NCBI RefSeq assembly: GCF_009914755.1
Contig: NC_060942.1
Source: the human T2T-CHM13v2.0 reference genome, Homo sapiens
Strand: one strand, 5' to 3'
DNA: 64,000 nt
Below, in pieces: positions 55,948 through 64,000 of this stretch. Both the position numbers and the translations under genes were made by a program. Every line of letters begins with the position of its first letter. The stretch's first letter is position 1. The notes under the pieces were generated by a model that worked only from the letters and a program-made list of their open reading frames with translations, was not told where the DNA came from and made no database searches.

Positions 55948-56692
55948 TTATCTGCTCAAATATATGTACAGAAGTAGGTAACTAGGTTCTTAATATAGGA
56001 ACTAGGTTCTTAAGATATCTTAGGAACTTAAGATAACAAGGTTCAAGGATGTTCTTTGTAGAATGTATATAATGCAAAATACTGAATACAAAATGTTCAT
56101 CACCAGTAGACCGGTTATTAATGATTGCATGTCCTGTTACGCCACTTAATGAAACAGACATATGGAAAAGATGTTAACATATATCTCTAAGTGTAAAAAA
56201 ATCTACTAAACAAGATATGCAGAATAATCTATTCTATTAAATATATATGTATATGTGCATATATGTTTGTATTTTAATATAAACAAGTCTAAAACTATAT
56301 GCTAAAAATAATAAATTATCTTTGGTTGAATGGGGTAACAGGGGATTTACTTCTCACTTCTTACATTTCTATGCTTTTGAGTTTTCTGAACAGACAATAA
56401 AATGGATTACATATATATGTAATATACATATAATTTCTTTAGAGATGGGGTCTTGCTATGTTGCCCAGGCTGTACCTCAAACATCTGGGCTCAAGTGATT
56501 CTTCTGTCTCAGCCTCCCAAGTAGGTGGGACATTAAGCTGATGACACTACACCCAGCTATGTATTACTTATATAATGAGAAAAGTATATTTACATTTAAT
56601 TTTTTAAAAATGCTAATATAGGATTCTGCCTTTCCCCTAGTCTTTCTTCTATTTTTGTATTTTACAAATTCCTGTTATGCATCCAACAATAA

Positions 56693-57331
<639 letters not shown>

Positions 57332-57744
57332 AGTAAATGATTTTCTCCAAATTTCATTTTAAAAGTATAAGTTAGAGATCACAAATGAGAGGAGAAAGTT
57401 CATGTCACCAGCATCTTTAGTATTGTATGCATGTAATAGTCTTTAGTTTTTTTATTCACTTTTTCTTACTTTCATTTTTTGTTACATGTTTTCATTTTTT
57501 AAAACCAACATTGTTGTTAAAGAAAGAACACACATTTTCAAGTAAAGAGAGCATGTGGAAATAAAAAGGAATTTCACTACTATTGAACTTGGTTAAAAAC
57601 ATCTCAATATTACTGAGTCATAGCTATTTTATGACATGAGAGTGGGGTGAAGTAATGAATACATGTCAAGAAAAGGGAATCCCTTCCTTTCCCTTCCTAT
57701 CTATATCCTCCTCTTCCAAAAAAAAAAAAAAAAAAAAAAAAAAA

Positions 57745-58395
57745 AGAAAAGGAATTGCTTTAGCCCAGGAGTTTGAAACCAGCCCTGGTAATACAGCTAG
57801 TCTGTCCCTACAAAAAATTTAAAAATAGCCAGGCATGGTGGTGCACACCTGTAGTCCCAGCTACCTGAGAGACTGAGGCAAGAGGATTGCTTGAGCCAAG
57901 GAGTTAGAGGTTAAAGTGAGCTATAATTGCATCACCGCACTCCAGCCTGGGTGACAGAGTGAGACTCTGTCCCAAATAAGTAAATATAGTTCAAAAAATA
58001 TTTAAAAAAACAGTAGTTACATGGGCCCTTTTCTCACAGTAAATTTTGATGAAGACTTTTGCTGTATTGAAAATTGCTCTTAGGTCTGGGCATGATGGCT
58101 CACGCCTGTGATTCTAGCACTATGGGAGGCCGAGGTGGGTGGATCGCTTGAGCCCAGGAGTTCGAGGCCAGTCTGGGGAACAAATTGACACCCTGTCTCT
58201 ACGAAAAAATTACAAAAATTAGCCATGCGTGGTGGCACTCGCCTGTAGTCCCAGCTACTCAGGAGGCTGAAGTGGGAGGATCACTTGAGCCTAGGAGGTT
58301 GAGGCTGCAGTGAGCTGTGATTGTGCCACTGCACTCCAGCCTGGGCTACAGAGTGAGACCCTGTCTTAAAAAAAAAAAAAAGAAAAAGAAAAGAA
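57745..58395 (+). mobile_element. Two AluJ elements (~57745-57980 partial; ~58083-58395)
   Basis: Alu consensus; TSD tgaaa(a)ttgctctta on the second. Confidence 0.88.
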
Positions 58396-58681
58396 AATGA
58401 AATTGCTCTTATTGTAACCTGCAACCTGAAGACTGAGAGTTTTATTTTCAAAACATTTTTGACTGTGAAGATGAGGAGTCTGATACTTTGAATAAACAAA
58501 ACTCAGGTCCTGGCAAATATGTATGCAACTAAGTGTTAAATCCCCTGTAGTTCAGACACGTCCGCTGCCTAAGATCACATGCTGAGTTAGAGTCGGGACT
58601 GAGTTAGAGTCGGGACTAGACTCCAAGACTCTCCACCGTAGACTTGTTTCCCTTTACTCCCTTCAGTATTTTATGAAATGA

Positions 58682-58848
58682 TTTTTTTTTTTTGAGACAG
58701 TCTCCTTCTTTTGCCCATGCTAGAGTGCAGTGGTTATTCACAGGCTCCATTACTGCACACTGCAGCCCTGAACTCCTGGGCTCAAGCGTCCTCCCACCTC
58801 AGCCTATGGAGTGGCTGGGACTAAAACCACACATCACTGCACCTGGCT
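58682..58848 (-). mobile_element. FAM (fossil Alu monomer)
   Basis: Retains the 7SL-like gtggttattcacagg segment absent from dimeric Alus. Confidence 0.75.
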
Positions 58849-58902
58849 GAAATGACTTTAAGCTTGGAATTCAATGCCTGTTTAAAACTTAAGTACTGAC
58901 CT

Positions 58903-59045
58903 GACCGGGCACTGTGGCTCACACCTGCAACCCTAGCACTTTGGGAAGCAGACGCCTGAGGATTTCTTGAGCCCAGGAGTTGGAGATCAGCCTGGGCGAC
59001 AGAGTGAGACTCCGTCTCAAACAAACAACAAACAAACAAAAAAAC
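58903..59045 (+). mobile_element. FLAM-like monomer
   Basis: Single monomer with (aaac)n tail. Confidence 0.8.
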
Positions 59046-59214
59046 CACACACAAGTGTTTTTAGGTATAGCTTCTCACTATTTTCTTGTTTCTTTTCAAA
59101 GATTAATGAATTATATACATTTTATATAAAGTTCTGAAATGTATAAAGGATGCAAAGGTTTATTTTTCTTGAAATTTTGAGAACTCCTTTTTATTGTATA
59201 CCACTTAAAATGGT

Positions 59215-59425
59215 AAACAGGAGACATATTTGCTGAATAACAATGTAGAACTGAACCTTGTGACTTAAAAACAAATCCTCAGCTGAAAATAGCATCTAGG
59301 CGAGATGTCCCTGCACTGGAGAGTGACATCAGAAACTACAGCCACAAACAATTTTCTCAAGATAATGGAACTGATAGGGGGCAGGGGGAGGTTCTAGAAA
59401 TCTCACAAAGGAGAATCTCAAAAAG
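59215..59425. repeat. Dispersed direct repeat, copy 1
   Basis: About 90% identical to 62919-63108. Confidence 0.92.
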
Positions 59426-59484
59426 AGATCTGGGCTCATAAATGTCTATTTACAAACCCTGGGTTTGAAAAATACACTCAGTGA

Positions 59485-59882
<398 letters not shown>

Positions 59883-60058
59883 TAGCTTTTAAAGCTGGAT
59901 ATTTGAATTTCTAAAATTCTTAATAATTTGCCTTATTTGAATAATTAATTATGCTACTTCTTGCTATTTTGTTCAATGCCACTGTTAGTATTAAAACAGA
60001 GTTCAAGCCACTTGAACTGACAACTAATATCCAGCTAGTAGATCTATCCTAATATTGA

Positions 60059-60410
<352 letters not shown>

Positions 60411-60794
60411 AATCTTTGGCTTTCACTCTTGATTCTTTTTTAAAATAGACAAGCACAAATTTCCAAGCTTCTTCTGTGCATCTGGGCAGGAAATGATTAT
60501 ATCTGACGTTGATCTAAAAACAACTGGGTCATATCCTTATATTTATACAAACATTAGAAAGGAGTAGGCATTATGGAAACTTCTGTCTGTTAGAATGAAA
60601 GTCCAGATTTTATTCCAAATTGTGTTCTCTATCTGCCACCAAGAATCCTAGAAAACAATGTGAAAAAGCCTGAAAACTTTCCAGATAAAGTTGGAGGAAG
60701 CCACCAAGACGCTTCCCACTTTAGAGGCTATTCAGAAAACTCTGCTATCGGGTGAGATAAATCCTTCTGGGACAAAACTCTAAATGGATATGAT

Positions 60795-61188
60795 TCCATT
60801 AGAAATTATTACAGTATTTTTATTACAATATCTATTTGGAAAGACACTTTTACAGAACAGCTCCAATTGAAGACTGAAGAAACAACAAGCAACTAAAACC
60901 AAAATACAACTACAATAAATCCGTTTACTTTCATAAAATTGTCTCAGGGTTTACGAAGGGATTTTACACATATTTGGTCATTTGAGCGATCAAAGGAGAA
61001 ATTACATCATGCTGGTTTGTTTTCAAATGGCCTGGACTTCATCTTCCTTGGTGGAATTCATAAACTACTGATGTGACTCATCATCGAAGGCTGACATGTC
61101 TCATGCACCCAGAATGCACCGACCACTGTCGCACACTTTACTCTTGATGTTCAAGTTTAGAGGTAGATCACCTCTCTTTAAGAGCTGC
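60795..61188 (-). other. Candidate terminal exon of a minus-strand transcript
   Basis: Acceptor-like tctgttttcatggatttgtctcAG ending at 61189; AATAAA on minus at 60819-60824; unique sequence retaining CpGs. Confidence 0.25.
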
Positions 61189-61309
61189 CTGAGACAAATC
61201 CATGAAAACAGACTTGAGAACTGGTATAGACCAGTGCAAAGAACGTCGGTGTCAGGAAATAGCCTGAATTTTAGAATGAAAACCTCTTATATTTATCTTG
61301 TTGGGTTTT

Positions 61310-62710
<1,401 letters not shown>

Positions 62711-62918
62711 GTTTATTTGAATCTCAACTCTGCCCTGCTTTTGCTAGCAATTTAGCCAAGGGCAGTTTTCATATCTTGTAAAATCGAAACAATTCTTACT
62801 TTACAGGGTGGCGGTGAAAGTTAAATAAGACACTGTATGAAATGTGTGCCCCTGAAATTACAGTCTAATCCATTTACATTATCCTAGTTATCCAGGAGCC
62901 TGTAGGTATAAAAAGCAA

Positions 62919-63108
62919 AAACAGGAGACATATTTGGTGAATAACAATGTTGAACTGAAACTTGTGACTTAAAAACAAATCCTCAGCTGAAAATAGCACC
63001 TAGGAGAGATTACCCTGCACTGGAAAGTGACATCAGAAACCATAGCCACAAACAATTTTCTCAAGATATGGAACTGATAGAAATCTCACAAAAGACAGCC
63101 TCAAAAAA
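62919..63108. repeat. Dispersed direct repeat, copy 2
   Basis: About 90% identical to 59215-59425. Confidence 0.92.
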
Positions 63109-63194
63109 GGGGTGTCTTTTATGCTAGCCGTCACTCTTTACCCTTAACTGGTCAGAATTTTGTGCTCTAGTCCCAAAGTTATTTTCAGATAGTC

Positions 63195-64000
<806 letters not shown>

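Overview
Primate (probably hominoid/human) nuclear DNA that is intergenic or intronic and very Alu-dense (about 60 copies or fragments, many nested). It also carries HAL1, L1, L2, MIR, MaLR/ERV1 LTRs and DNA-transposon relics. I see no intact protein-coding gene; nearly all ORFs in the track are Alu or microsatellite artefacts. The one clear gene-like feature is a full-length RPLP0 processed pseudogene (~10651-12047, +), disabled by frameshifts, a stop codon and an antisense Alu. I found no novel protein system. The best leads are cis-regulatory or structural: a MER85 with an intact PGBD3-type palindrome ~0.5 kb from a MER41 LTR retaining two GAS motifs; a 14x34-bp minisatellite with 10 perfect octamer sites; a strong CTCF motif; an AP-1/NF-kB/GAS/CRE cluster; an interlocked non-Alu inverted and direct repeat complex at 37.6-40.1 kb; and a ~190-bp direct repeat pair flanking a candidate minus-strand terminal exon. 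Repeat subfamily calls, boundaries and identity figures were made by eye and are approximate.
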